Positions 24,762 through 32,000 of a DNA stretch of 32,000 nt are shown here, piece after piece. The position numbers and the translations under genes were made by a program. The stretch covers positions 510,001 through 542,000 of the forward strand of contig NC_018655.1 in assembly GCF_000299365.1 (NCBI RefSeq), given 5' to 3'. The notes beneath the pieces are model-generated. The model worked only from the letters and a program-made list of their open reading frames with translations, was not told where the DNA came from and ran no database searches. Source of the DNA: Candidatus Nitrosopumilus koreensis AR1 (GTDB taxonomy: Archaea; Thermoproteota; Nitrososphaeria; Nitrososphaerales; Nitrosopumilaceae). Position 1 is the stretch's first letter, and each line of letters begins with the position of its first letter.

Positions 24762-24940
24762 TGTTTTCAAAAGAAAAAATCACAATTGCATACACCGTTG
24801 AGAAGTGTGGAAAATGTGGGATGCAAAAGAAAAGAAAATTCTCTGCTGGTGACATGTTGTTCTCTGAAGTATCAAAATGTGATTCATGTGATGGTATCGT
24901 GACAATTGAGAAAATATTCGGTGAAACTGTAGAGCAATAA
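24761..24940 (+). CDS. Zinc-ribbon small protein, 59 aa (unannotated)
   Basis: Hand translation gives MFSKEKITIAYTVEKCGKCGMQKKRKFSAGDMLFSEVSKCDSCDGIVTIEKIFGETVEQ, with two CxxC pairs spaced 21 aa apart. Its ATG overlaps the TAA of the DUF1512-like gene (TAATG). It is one residue below the 60-aa track threshold. Confidence 0.5.
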   Translation: MFSKEKITIAYTVEKCGKCGMQKKRKFSAGDMLFSEVSKCDSCDGIVTIEKIFGETVEQ

Positions 24941-24941
24941 T

Positions 24942-25835
24942 TTATGCTTGAGTAGTAACAGTAACTCCGTTTTCTGTTGGAATGAATGTGTGTTCTGCTT
25001 GAGCTACTCTTTGCTCATTTACTTCAATTAACACAGGATATGCTTGCACTGCCTTTTTCTTTATTAGAATATTTAACAAATTCCTTGCTTCTTTTTCATC
25101 TCTTTCTTTTGTAATCCATCTCAATGCAAATGGCAACATGTTGAAACTCTCCCAGATAAAATCAAGCAACTTATCAGCTTCTGGATCCTTTGTTTTCTTT
25201 CTAGAGTTTATTGCAAAAATATTTTTTATCTGTCCATTCCTGACAAATCCTCCCCCGTCACTTGTTGTCACAAATGGCTCACATGCATATGCAGAATTTT
25301 CTGAGAGTGAAAAACCCCCAATTGACCAAATATTTGGAATGGATTTTCCTGCATGTATTGTATACTGTTCTAGTGAATGCCCGCTAAGATTTGCAATTGG
25401 TTTGTATCCCATTTGTTTTATTGTGGTTTCTATGGTTCTTCCAATATCACTTGCTTTTACTCCTGCTTTTATCATTGACATTGCATTTGCTAATCCTTCT
25501 TCTGCTGCTTGAACTAATCCGTCATATTGTGGATCATAACATACCGTTACTGCTGTGTCTGCAATGTAACCATTAATCTGTGCACCAAGATCAATTTTTA
25601 CCAAGTCTGTATCTTTGATGATGATTGGATCATTTGGTTCTGCAGTATAGTGAGCAGCAACTTCATTGATGCTTGTATTAACTGGAAATGCACACTTTGC
25701 CCCACGCTTTCTGATTTCATCTTCTACCAATTCGCAAATTTCGTAGACTGTTTTTCCAATCCAGTCTTTTACTCTGACCATCTCTCTAACTTCAGATGCA
25801 ATTTTTCCTGCTTTGATGTAATCTTCTATTTGCAC
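24942..25835 (-). CDS. map: Methionine aminopeptidase, type 2 (archaeal)
   Basis: 297 aa. Pita-bread fold motifs DLVKIDLGAQINGYIADTA, GHSLEQYTIHAGKSIP and AQAEHT. Length is typical of archaeal MetAP2. Confidence 0.92.
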   Translation of the reverse strand: MQIEDYIKAGKIASEVREMVRVKDWIGKTVYEICELVEDEIRKRGAKCAFPVNTSINEVAAHYTAEPNDPIIIKDTDLVKIDLGAQINGYIADTAVTVCYDPQYDGLVQAAEEGLANAMSMIKAGVKASDIGRTIETTIKQMGYKPIANLSGHSLEQYTIHAGKSIPNIWSIGGFSLSENSAYACEPFVTTSDGGGFVRNGQIKNIFAINSRKKTKDPEADKLLDFIWESFNMLPFALRWITKERDEKEARNLLNILIKKKAVQAYPVLIEVNEQRVAQAEHTFIPTENGVTVTTQA

Positions 25836-25907
25836 ATTTTTGCTCCCCTATGTGCCTTTAAAATGATTATCTGTGAAGCTTAAATTGGGCGACTTTTAGG
25901 ACTTACT

Positions 25908-25984
25908 GGGATCGTGGTCTAGCTTGGTATGATTCTGCGTTTGGGACGCAGAGGTCGCGCGTTCAAATCTCGCCGATCCCACCA
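25908..25984 (+). tRNA. tRNA-Pro (anticodon UGG) with genomically encoded CCA
   Basis: Folded by hand. Acceptor GGGATCG/CGATCCC, anticodon stem CTGCG/CGCAG, loop TTTGGGA (anticodon TGG, G37), T-loop TTCAAAT, discriminator A followed by CCA at 25982..25984. One C-U mismatch in the T stem. A TATA-like TTAAAT sits about 25 nt upstream. Confidence 0.85.
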
Positions 25985-26121
25985 TTATCTTATTATCAAA
26001 TTAGTTGGTAGTAACATTGCCTGAGCAATGAGGAAGAGTTAGAGTAATGACTTTGATATGAAGTAAACTAATGGCTCTGAGCTCCGGCATGTTTTTATCA
26101 ATTCCTTGAGGTTTTGTTTTA

Positions 26122-26367
26122 TTGAAATTTGAGAGACGAGATATTATTTTGATTGCAGGACTTTTGCTTTTCATGATTGGACTGATACCTTTCATGAGTC
26201 CTGCATATGCTGCAATTATAGTGATTGTCATGTATTTTGGAATCAAAATCTATGTTGCAAAGAGACGTCAAATAATTCAAAGAGATGTGGGAGATGGCAT
26301 ATGCCTGGAATGTGGGGCTAAAATAAATGATAAAAAATGCCCAAATTGTGACTATTCTCAGGAATGA
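26122..26367 (+). CDS. Small membrane protein with C-terminal zinc ribbon
   Basis: 81 aa with a TTG start. Two hydrophobic helices (IILIAGLLLFMIGLIPF and AAIIVIVMYFGIKIYV), then CLECGAKINDKKCPNC. Confidence 0.5.
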   Translation: MKFERRDIILIAGLLLFMIGLIPFMSPAYAAIIVIVMYFGIKIYVAKRRQIIQRDVGDGICLECGAKINDKKCPNCDYSQE

Positions 26368-26505
26368 TTGATACGTAGACCTTAAAACTGAAAAATTACT
26401 AACATTGATGATGGTTTTAAGATATATGACTTTAACAACTAGCTCAACTTTTCCTCAATTTCATTCTAAAATGACTCTTCTCGTCAAAAAAGACAGGAAA
26501 CAACA

Positions 26506-29500
26506 ATGAATCTGAATATACCTATAGTCTTTTCCATGTTCTTACTTGTGGGACTAATTGTTCCTGCATATGCTCAAACTGCAGACACTGTTGTAATCAA
26601 TGAAGTTGACATTAATCCTCCAGGAGATGATTCTAAATCTATTTCTGAATGGGTGGAACTTTACAATCCAACTGATTCTGAAATTGATTTGAGTGGATGG
26701 AAGATTGCATCCACCACTGTTCTAAAGAAAACCATGACCATTGGGTCTGGAACAACAATTAAACCTGGACAGTTTTTAACATTCTCTTACCAAAGTGTTT
26801 GGTTTACTGACATCAATGAATCCGTTGAACTACGAGATGAAAATGGAGTTGTAATAGACAAGACTCCTATTTTGTCTGATATAAAAAATGATTTTACATC
26901 TTGGCAACGAATCTATGATGGTTATGACCTTGATGCTTCTGATGATTGGAAATTTGTAACATCTACCTCTGGTTCTACTAACGGTAAATTAATTGAGACG
27001 CAAAGCGCTGAAGAAATCACAGTAACTGTTTCGTCTACAAAGTCTTCCTATTTGTTTGGAGAAACTGCAGTAATTCAAGGAAAGGTCTCAAAAGAAATAT
27101 TTGTTGAGAAACCATTCTTTCAACCTGCAGCAATTGTTGTAACCATATCTGGCCCAAATTTTGATAGAACTTTGACTTTATATCCTGATTTGAATTTAAA
27201 TTACAAAACAACTCTTAGTCTTCATCAAGTTTTAGGAATTAACGAAGGGAATTATGATGTAAATGTTAGTTATGCTGGTGCTGTTGCAAATACCTCATTT
27301 TCTGTTGGATTTGAAATAATCGAACAACAAGAACAACAAGACGGTTCTCTGAGTTTGACTACTGATAAATCTCAATACATTCCAGGTCAAACGGTTTCAA
27401 TTACCGGTACTGTTACTGATATTATCCAATTTCAAGGAATGAAATTCACTGTCACTGATTCTTCTGGTAATGTTGTGTATAATGGAAACTTGTTTCCAGT
27501 AAATGGTAAATTTGCTACTAAGGTTTTCATATCTACTGTAAATCCTGTTTATGGAACTTATGAAATAATTGGAGAGTATTTTGACAAATCTGCAATCACA
27601 ACATTTGAAGTGGTAAAAGATGTCAAAGAATCAGTTCCTATATCTTTGTGGACTGACAAAGATGTCTATGGGTTAGGTGAAGTAGTCACAATTACTGGAC
27701 GATTAAATGATGTTTGGATTGCATCCCTTGATTTGGAAATAACTCAAACAAAGAGCCTGTCATTAGGTACTGGTAGTCAACTTGGTGGTGGCTCTGTTTT
27801 GAAAATTTTGGATGTTGTTAGGACTGATGGTGATGGAAAATTCCAATACTCGTTTACTATTCCTAATTCCGATACTCGATTAGGTGACTACAAAATCAAA
27901 GTTTCAAAGGATATAGGTTCTGTAACAAAAATAGTAAAAGCAGTAGAGGATCCTGAAAACTTTGTCACAATAACTGATCCATTGATTGTTACAACTAACA
28001 AACAAGTCTATGATTTTACTACTGATAAAGAACTTGTAATTCGTGGACAAATCAAAAAAGTTGTTGAACGAACAAGTCTTGAAACACCCGTTGTGTCAAT
28101 TTCATTTAAAACTGAAGATGGAAAACCCCTTTCAATAATAGGTGTTCCTTCTAACATTAATCAAGGTGCATCTGGTGGAACTGGTTCTGTAACTGCCAGT
28201 TATGAATTTACAGCAATTCCTGAACCTGGTGGTGTATTCTCGGTCACTGCTGATCTTAGTAGAGGAATATTCTCTGAAGGCACATATGTGATAACTGCAA
28301 AATATTTGGATCTTTTGGCAACAACCTCTTTTGATATTGCCGATGACTTGGCAAGTGGTACAAAACTTTCTCTTGATAAGGAGGTTTATGGTTTAGGTGA
28401 AAAAGTCAATGTAGGTGGAATATTTACAACTGGTGACAGATCTGTTACAATTTCAGTTACTCGGCCTGATGGAACAACGACTACCTCTGGTGCATCCATT
28501 GACAATCAAAGACTCTCCTGGTCTTGGACTACTCCTATTTCTGAACGATATCAAACAATAAAGTCTGATGGACTACGAGATACCGCAAATTCTAATTTTG
28601 GAATATACAAAATCAAAGTATCTGGAGCTACTTTTAGTACTGACTTATTCTTCAAAGTATCTGCAGATCCTGAAAATGACTCTTTGTCAAAAACACCTCT
28701 ATTTGTAACAACTGACAAATCCCTCTATCAGGCAGGAGATAAACTCAAAGTTGTTGGAAATGTAATTGTTCGTGAACAGGGTGATGAAGGATTGGTTGTT
28801 CCAGAACGTGTGACAATCAAAGTTTTAGATGGAACTTTCCCATACAAACAAATCCATGAGTCATCTGTATATCCAAAACAAGGTGGTGAATTCTCAAGTT
28901 TGTTTGAATTGCCTCCCACTATCTTTAGTGAGGGACTTTATTCAGTAAAAGCCATTTATTCTAACATTCAAACAACTACTTCATTTAGTGTTGCTAATGA
29001 TTATGCTTTTGGTATTGATGCACCTGTATCTTTGTTAGTGTCTACTGATAAAACTGAATATTACCCTGGTGAAACTGTAATTATCTCTGGAAAACCAAAC
29101 AAATTGATTTATCTTGAAGCATATGATGTAAGCATTATCAAAAAATCTGATACAGAAATTACCTGTGGCTCTTTTATTTGTGGAACACATACAGGTGCAG
29201 TTAAATCAATTCGTCCAAGTCCCTCTGGCTCATTTGTTCATGAATTTAAAATTCCTAATAACATTTCTTCTATTGGAAAATATGAAGTGACAATTGATGC
29301 TGACTTTGAAACAAAACACATTCTATTTAATGTGGTTGAAGAGCCTCCTGCACCAAAATTAGATACAGTAATTGAAAAAGAAAATAGAATTCCTGATAAA
29401 ACAATTTCTGTGTCTACACAAGAGAAAACTATTGATGATGTAACCCTTTTACCACGTGTTGTTTCTGGCTCTTTGCTCACTCCTTTAAGAGATGATGTAT

Positions 29501-29796
29501 CTGATGTTAATCTCAAAGTTTCTTCTGAAAGTGGTGTATGCATAATTGGACCTGACGTTGATTGTCTTGTTAGTGAATCTACTAGAAAACCTGGACAAAT
29601 CTATGATGTAGTTGAGGTTGATGGAATGAGTCTAAATGTTAGATACAGTGGTCCTGATGTGCGCTTGGAAAAATTCAGCATTTTGCCTGAATCTTCTGAA
29701 TCATTCTTACCTGATTCTGATTGGAATGTAGAGGTCATCAAGGATGAACAGGTCTCTAGATTCTATTACAAGGTAACCTACAAGACATTAGAGTAA
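26506..29796 (+). CDS. Large secreted protein: signal peptide, lamin-tail domain (LTD), seven Ig-like repeats, and a Cys-containing C-terminal domain
   Basis: 1096 aa. Signal peptide MNLNIPIVFSMFLLVGLIVPAYA/Q. LTD pattern VVINEVDINPPGDDSKSISEWVELYNPTDSEIDLSGWKI. Seven repeats begin with (T/S)(T/L)(D/N)K..Y..G(E/Q/D).V.(I/V).G. No C-terminal TM helix. Confidence 0.8.
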   Translation: MNLNIPIVFSMFLLVGLIVPAYAQTADTVVINEVDINPPGDDSKSISEWVELYNPTDSEIDLSGWKIASTTVLKKTMTIGSGTTIKPGQFLTFSYQSVWFTDINESVELRDENGVVIDKTPILSDIKNDFTSWQRIYDGYDLDASDDWKFVTSTSGSTNGKLIETQSAEEITVTVSSTKSSYLFGETAVIQGKVSKEIFVEKPFFQPAAIVVTISGPNFDRTLTLYPDLNLNYKTTLSLHQVLGINEGNYDVNVSYAGAVANTSFSVGFEIIEQQEQQDGSLSLTTDKSQYIPGQTVSITGTVTDIIQFQGMKFTVTDSSGNVVYNGNLFPVNGKFATKVFISTVNPVYGTYEIIGEYFDKSAITTFEVVKDVKESVPISLWTDKDVYGLGEVVTITGRLNDVWIASLDLEITQTKSLSLGTGSQLGGGSVLKILDVVRTDGDGKFQYSFTIPNSDTRLGDYKIKVSKDIGSVTKIVKAVEDPENFVTITDPLIVTTNKQVYDFTTDKELVIRGQIKKVVERTSLETPVVSISFKTEDGKPLSIIGVPSNINQGASGGTGSVTASYEFTAIPEPGGVFSVTADLSRGIFSEGTYVITAKYLDLLATTSFDIADDLASGTKLSLDKEVYGLGEKVNVGGIFTTGDRSVTISVTRPDGTTTTSGASIDNQRLSWSWTTPISERYQTIKSDGLRDTANSNFGIYKIKVSGATFSTDLFFKVSADPENDSLSKTPLFVTTDKSLYQAGDKLKVVGNVIVREQGDEGLVVPERVTIKVLDGTFPYKQIHESSVYPKQGGEFSSLFELPPTIFSEGLYSVKAIYSNIQTTTSFSVANDYAFGIDAPVSLLVSTDKTEYYPGETVIISGKPNKLIYLEAYDVSIIKKSDTEITCGSFICGTHTGAVKSIRPSPSGSFVHEFKIPNNISSIGKYEVTIDADFETKHILFNVVEEPPAPKLDTVIEKENRIPDKTISVSTQEKTIDDVTLLPRVVSGSLLTPLRDDVSDVNLKVSSESGVCIIGPDVDCLVSESTRKPGQIYDVVEVDGMSLNVRYSGPDVRLEKFSILPESSESFLPDSDWNVEVIKDEQVSRFYYKVTYKTLE
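27016..29337 (+). repeat. Seven tandem protein-level repeats of about 97-126 aa inside the LTD protein
   Basis: Repeat-start K residues fall at aa 179, 288, 385, 499, 625, 738 and 849. Each unit ends with G.Y.(V/I)...Y.....T(S/T)F.V-like strands, for example GNYDVNVSYAGAVANTSFSV, GTYEIIGEYFDKSAITTFEVV and GLYSVKAIYSNIQTTTSFSVA. The units are diverged at the DNA level. Confidence 0.7.
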
Positions 29797-29830
29797 GTTC
29801 AAAATACTCTCTGCTCTAAAACCCTCTGAA

Positions 29831-30322
29831 ATGAAACTCCAAGTTTTGATGTTTTATCAAGATGATCCAAAAAAATGCACTGCTGCAAAAATGGTAAAAT
29901 TTGGTTTGGCTCAAAACATCAAAAAAATTGGTTCCAAGGGGTTGGTCTTGGATCCATTTTCAAAAAACACTTTGATGCCAAAAGACAAATCATTAATCAA
30001 CACAATTGTTGGTGTTGATTGCTCTTGGAATTTGGCAGATCAGGCGTTCTCAAAAAAATTTAATGGTATTAAACGAAAACTTCCTCCATTACTTGCAGGT
30101 AACCCTGTAAATTATGCTAAATTAAATAAACTAACAACAGCTGAAGCTTTGGCTGCATCTTTGTTTATTTTGGGCCAAAAAGATCAAGGGTTGGATTTAC
30201 TTGATAAATTCAAGTGGGGCCATACTTTCTATGAATTGAATCAAAATCTATTAGATGAGTATTCTAAAATAGAAAACGAGGAACAAGTTGAAGTAATTCT
30301 AAAAGATTATGGATTACTGTGA
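29831..30322 (+). CDS. tsr3: 16S rRNA aminocarboxypropyltransferase Tsr3
   Basis: 163 aa. QDDPKKCTAAKMVKFGLA, VGVDCSWN, and LLAGNPVNYAKLNKLTTAEALAASLFILG are typical of Tsr3/DUF367. Confidence 0.85.
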   Translation: MKLQVLMFYQDDPKKCTAAKMVKFGLAQNIKKIGSKGLVLDPFSKNTLMPKDKSLINTIVGVDCSWNLADQAFSKKFNGIKRKLPPLLAGNPVNYAKLNKLTTAEALAASLFILGQKDQGLDLLDKFKWGHTFYELNQNLLDEYSKIENEEQVEVILKDYGLL

Positions 30323-32000
30323 CGTTTTTTTATCAAAACAGCAATCCCTGCAACTATGATTATTGGGATTATCCAAATCTCGTATATTGTTTCATTTTCT
30401 AAAAATTCTATGTTCTCTGAAGAAATACTTGGCAATTCTGTTTTGTCTTCAGTTACAACAAAACTTGATTCGTAGAAATCCGGTTTGAGAACTGAATTTG
30501 AAATTGCAAATATTTTGATGTTACCTGTACCTGTAATTAGTTTCTCTGAGTCTTTTGCATCAATTTTGATGTTTGTTTTGTTCGTATCCATTTCTATAGA
30601 TTTTGATGATATCATATTTCCTTGACTGTTTGTCAGAAAGTATAAGATGGAATCTGTATTTTCAGCCTCTACTTCTATTGAAAATTCTTTTCCTCTTTGA
30701 ATCGCATCTTTTAATTTAATTTCTTTAATGTTTGGAAAATCTGAATTTTCAAATTCAGACCAACTTCCAATTTTAAAAGGATATGAATCATCATCAAAAG
30801 CACTTACTGAAATCGTTCTTGATTCTGGAGAATATGATTCTAAATAAAATGGACCGTTACTAATTACGGCATGGTTATTTTCCTCAATCCATTTTATGGA
30901 CGATTCAAATCTTTCTTGGAAATATTTTGATTCTAAATTATTTTCCTCTAATGACACAGGTTTGTAGTTAGAATTTTTGAATTCCTGTAAATAGTTTTTA
31001 ATCAAATTTGCATTATTTGGAATTATCAATGATAGCCAGCTGATGTTTTTACTGGTTGCACCTGATCTGGAAAATGATACTTTGCCATCCAATACTGCTT
31101 TTTCCATTGCTGCAGAGATTTCCCATGGTACTGAACTCCAAATAACTGCCCAGTCTGCTATCTCCCCCTCATCAAAATGCCAATAATTTACGTAAACTTC
31201 AATGGTATCTTCATCAATTTGATTTACTCCTATAATTGTCTGAATACTCTGTGCTGTCCGAGGGGTAAATTCTGTATCGTATGTCTTATCATTTTCGTCT
31301 GTTTGTGTTCCCCACTCTATTGTAAAATACAAAGAATGCAAAATATCATTCATGTCTATTTTTTGACCATTATGCCAGTTTCCAAAACTAAAATCAAAAA
31401 CAACTTTACTTGTTGCCATTGTATTTGGCTTGACGTTTTCCCATTTTTGAGATACTGGATTCCACATTGTTGCTTTTGTGGGCACCACAAGACTGCCTTC
31501 AGGTCCTGCTGTTTCAACTTGCCAGTTTGTTCTAATTGGAAATGTCTCTCCAGTAAATGGGTGTTTGAATGTTCCAGGATCCGATATTGTGCCCCAAATA
31601 TGTCTACTGTAACTATCAGTTAATCCCATAACTGGATTCCATGCGCCTTGATAGATCTGTTTGACTCCTATGACAAGCTCACCATTGTCGCTTTTTGCAT
31701 TAATTGGAGTGAATCTGCTAGGTATTCCTGCTCCAAAATCATTTACAACACCACTGATTTTTTCATTTACTACATATTGATCAATTTTACTTGCCAAAAA
31801 AATTCTCACAGACTCGTTAATTCCTTCTACAACTGCTTCTTGAATTAAATTTGATCTTTCTTCAGATGTGTCAAAATCTCCTGTGTAAATTTTCTGTGTA
31901 ATCTCATCTAATTTGTCATTTTTGTAATTCCAATATGACGGATCATTAAATCCTGGCATATTTGAAAACCATGGAGAATACATCTGTCCTAATCCTACGG
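30307..32000 (-). CDS. Extracellular solute-binding protein-like (family 5 peptide/nickel type), C-terminally membrane anchored; N-terminus off-window
   Basis: The frame stays open upstream of the track Met (…VGLGQ-MYSPWF) to the right window edge, so the gene is truncated. The central region is SBP_bac_5-like by eye. C-terminal TM helix IWIIPIIIVAGIAVLI plus KKRH. Family assignment is tentative. Confidence 0.5.
   Translation of the reverse strand, partial: VGLGQMYSPWFSNMPGFNDPSYWNYKNDKLDEITQKIYTGDFDTSEERSNLIQEAVVEGINESVRIFLASKIDQYVVNEKISGVVNDFGAGIPSRFTPINAKSDNGELVIGVKQIYQGAWNPVMGLTDSYSRHIWGTISDPGTFKHPFTGETFPIRTNWQVETAGPEGSLVVPTKATMWNPVSQKWENVKPNTMATSKVVFDFSFGNWHNGQKIDMNDILHSLYFTIEWGTQTDENDKTYDTEFTPRTAQSIQTIIGVNQIDEDTIEVYVNYWHFDEGEIADWAVIWSSVPWEISAAMEKAVLDGKVSFSRSGATSKNISWLSLIIPNNANLIKNYLQEFKNSNYKPVSLEENNLESKYFQERFESSIKWIEENNHAVISNGPFYLESYSPESRTISVSAFDDDSYPFKIGSWSEFENSDFPNIKEIKLKDAIQRGKEFSIEVEAENTDSILYFLTNSQGNMISSKSIEMDTNKTNIKIDAKDSEKLITGTGNIKIFAISNSVLKPDFYESSFVVTEDKTELPSISSENIEFLENETIYEIWIIPIIIVAGIAVLIKKRHSNP

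Noticed and set aside
26001-26246. 81-aa minus-strand ORF overlapping the 26122..26367 gene
   Set aside because: The + strand product has two clean TM helices and a CxxC...CxxC zinc ribbon. The minus product has no comparable features.
26368-26505. TGATGA and CTGA motifs in the intergenic DNA upstream of the LTD gene as a possible C/D box sRNA
   Set aside because: The order and spacing of the boxes do not fit the C-D'-C'-D layout. Single occurrences of these short motifs are expected by chance.
25985-29796. Possible integrated element next to tRNA-Pro
   Set aside because: I found no repeat of the tRNA 3' end (att-like sequence) downstream. There is no integrase, transposase or phage-like gene, and composition does not visibly differ from the flanks.
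1-32000. Scan for CRISPR arrays, IS elements, long nucleotide-level repeats, rRNA genes and defence-system hallmark genes
   Set aside because: None recognised by eye. Every large ORF is accounted for by a housekeeping or hypothetical protein, with no nuclease, helicase or methylase signatures.

Overview
AT-rich archaeal chromosome segment. Gene content points to an ammonia-oxidising Nitrosopumilus-like thaumarchaeon: TBP, class I LysRS, Elp3, Tsr3, PAC2, type 2 MetAP, Amt plus PII, and cofG/cofH for F420. This assignment is an inference from gene content only; no search was run. Most of the window is densely packed housekeeping genes with many 1-4 nt overlaps and frequent GTG/TTG starts. I saw no CRISPR array, IS element, transposase, integrase or rRNA. 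There is one tRNA, tRNA-Pro(UGG). Four things deserve a second look. (1) A nitrogen-sensing neighbourhood at about 10.5-14.4 kb holds a PII-like domain fused to a ribbon-helix-helix-like tail, a stand-alone paralogue of that tail, a wHTH protein, a divergent glnK/amt pair with repeat elements in the shared promoter, and two unannotated single-TM micro-ORFs tightly coupled behind glnK. (2) Two unrelated genes are each split by a -1 frame change that falls exactly on an in-phase X_XXY_YYZ slippery heptamer: a CHASE sensor histidine kinase and the radical-SAM F0 synthase subunit cofG. This is either recoding or, more parsimoniously, homopolymer under-calling in the assembly. (3) An unannotated 59-aa zinc-ribbon ORF is coupled by TAATG to a DUF1512-like gene. 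(4) A 1096-aa secreted protein carries a lamin-tail domain plus seven Ig-like repeats. Three real-looking ORFs and the true cofG 5' end are missing from the supplied ORF track, either because they are under 60 aa or because they lack a stop inside the window.
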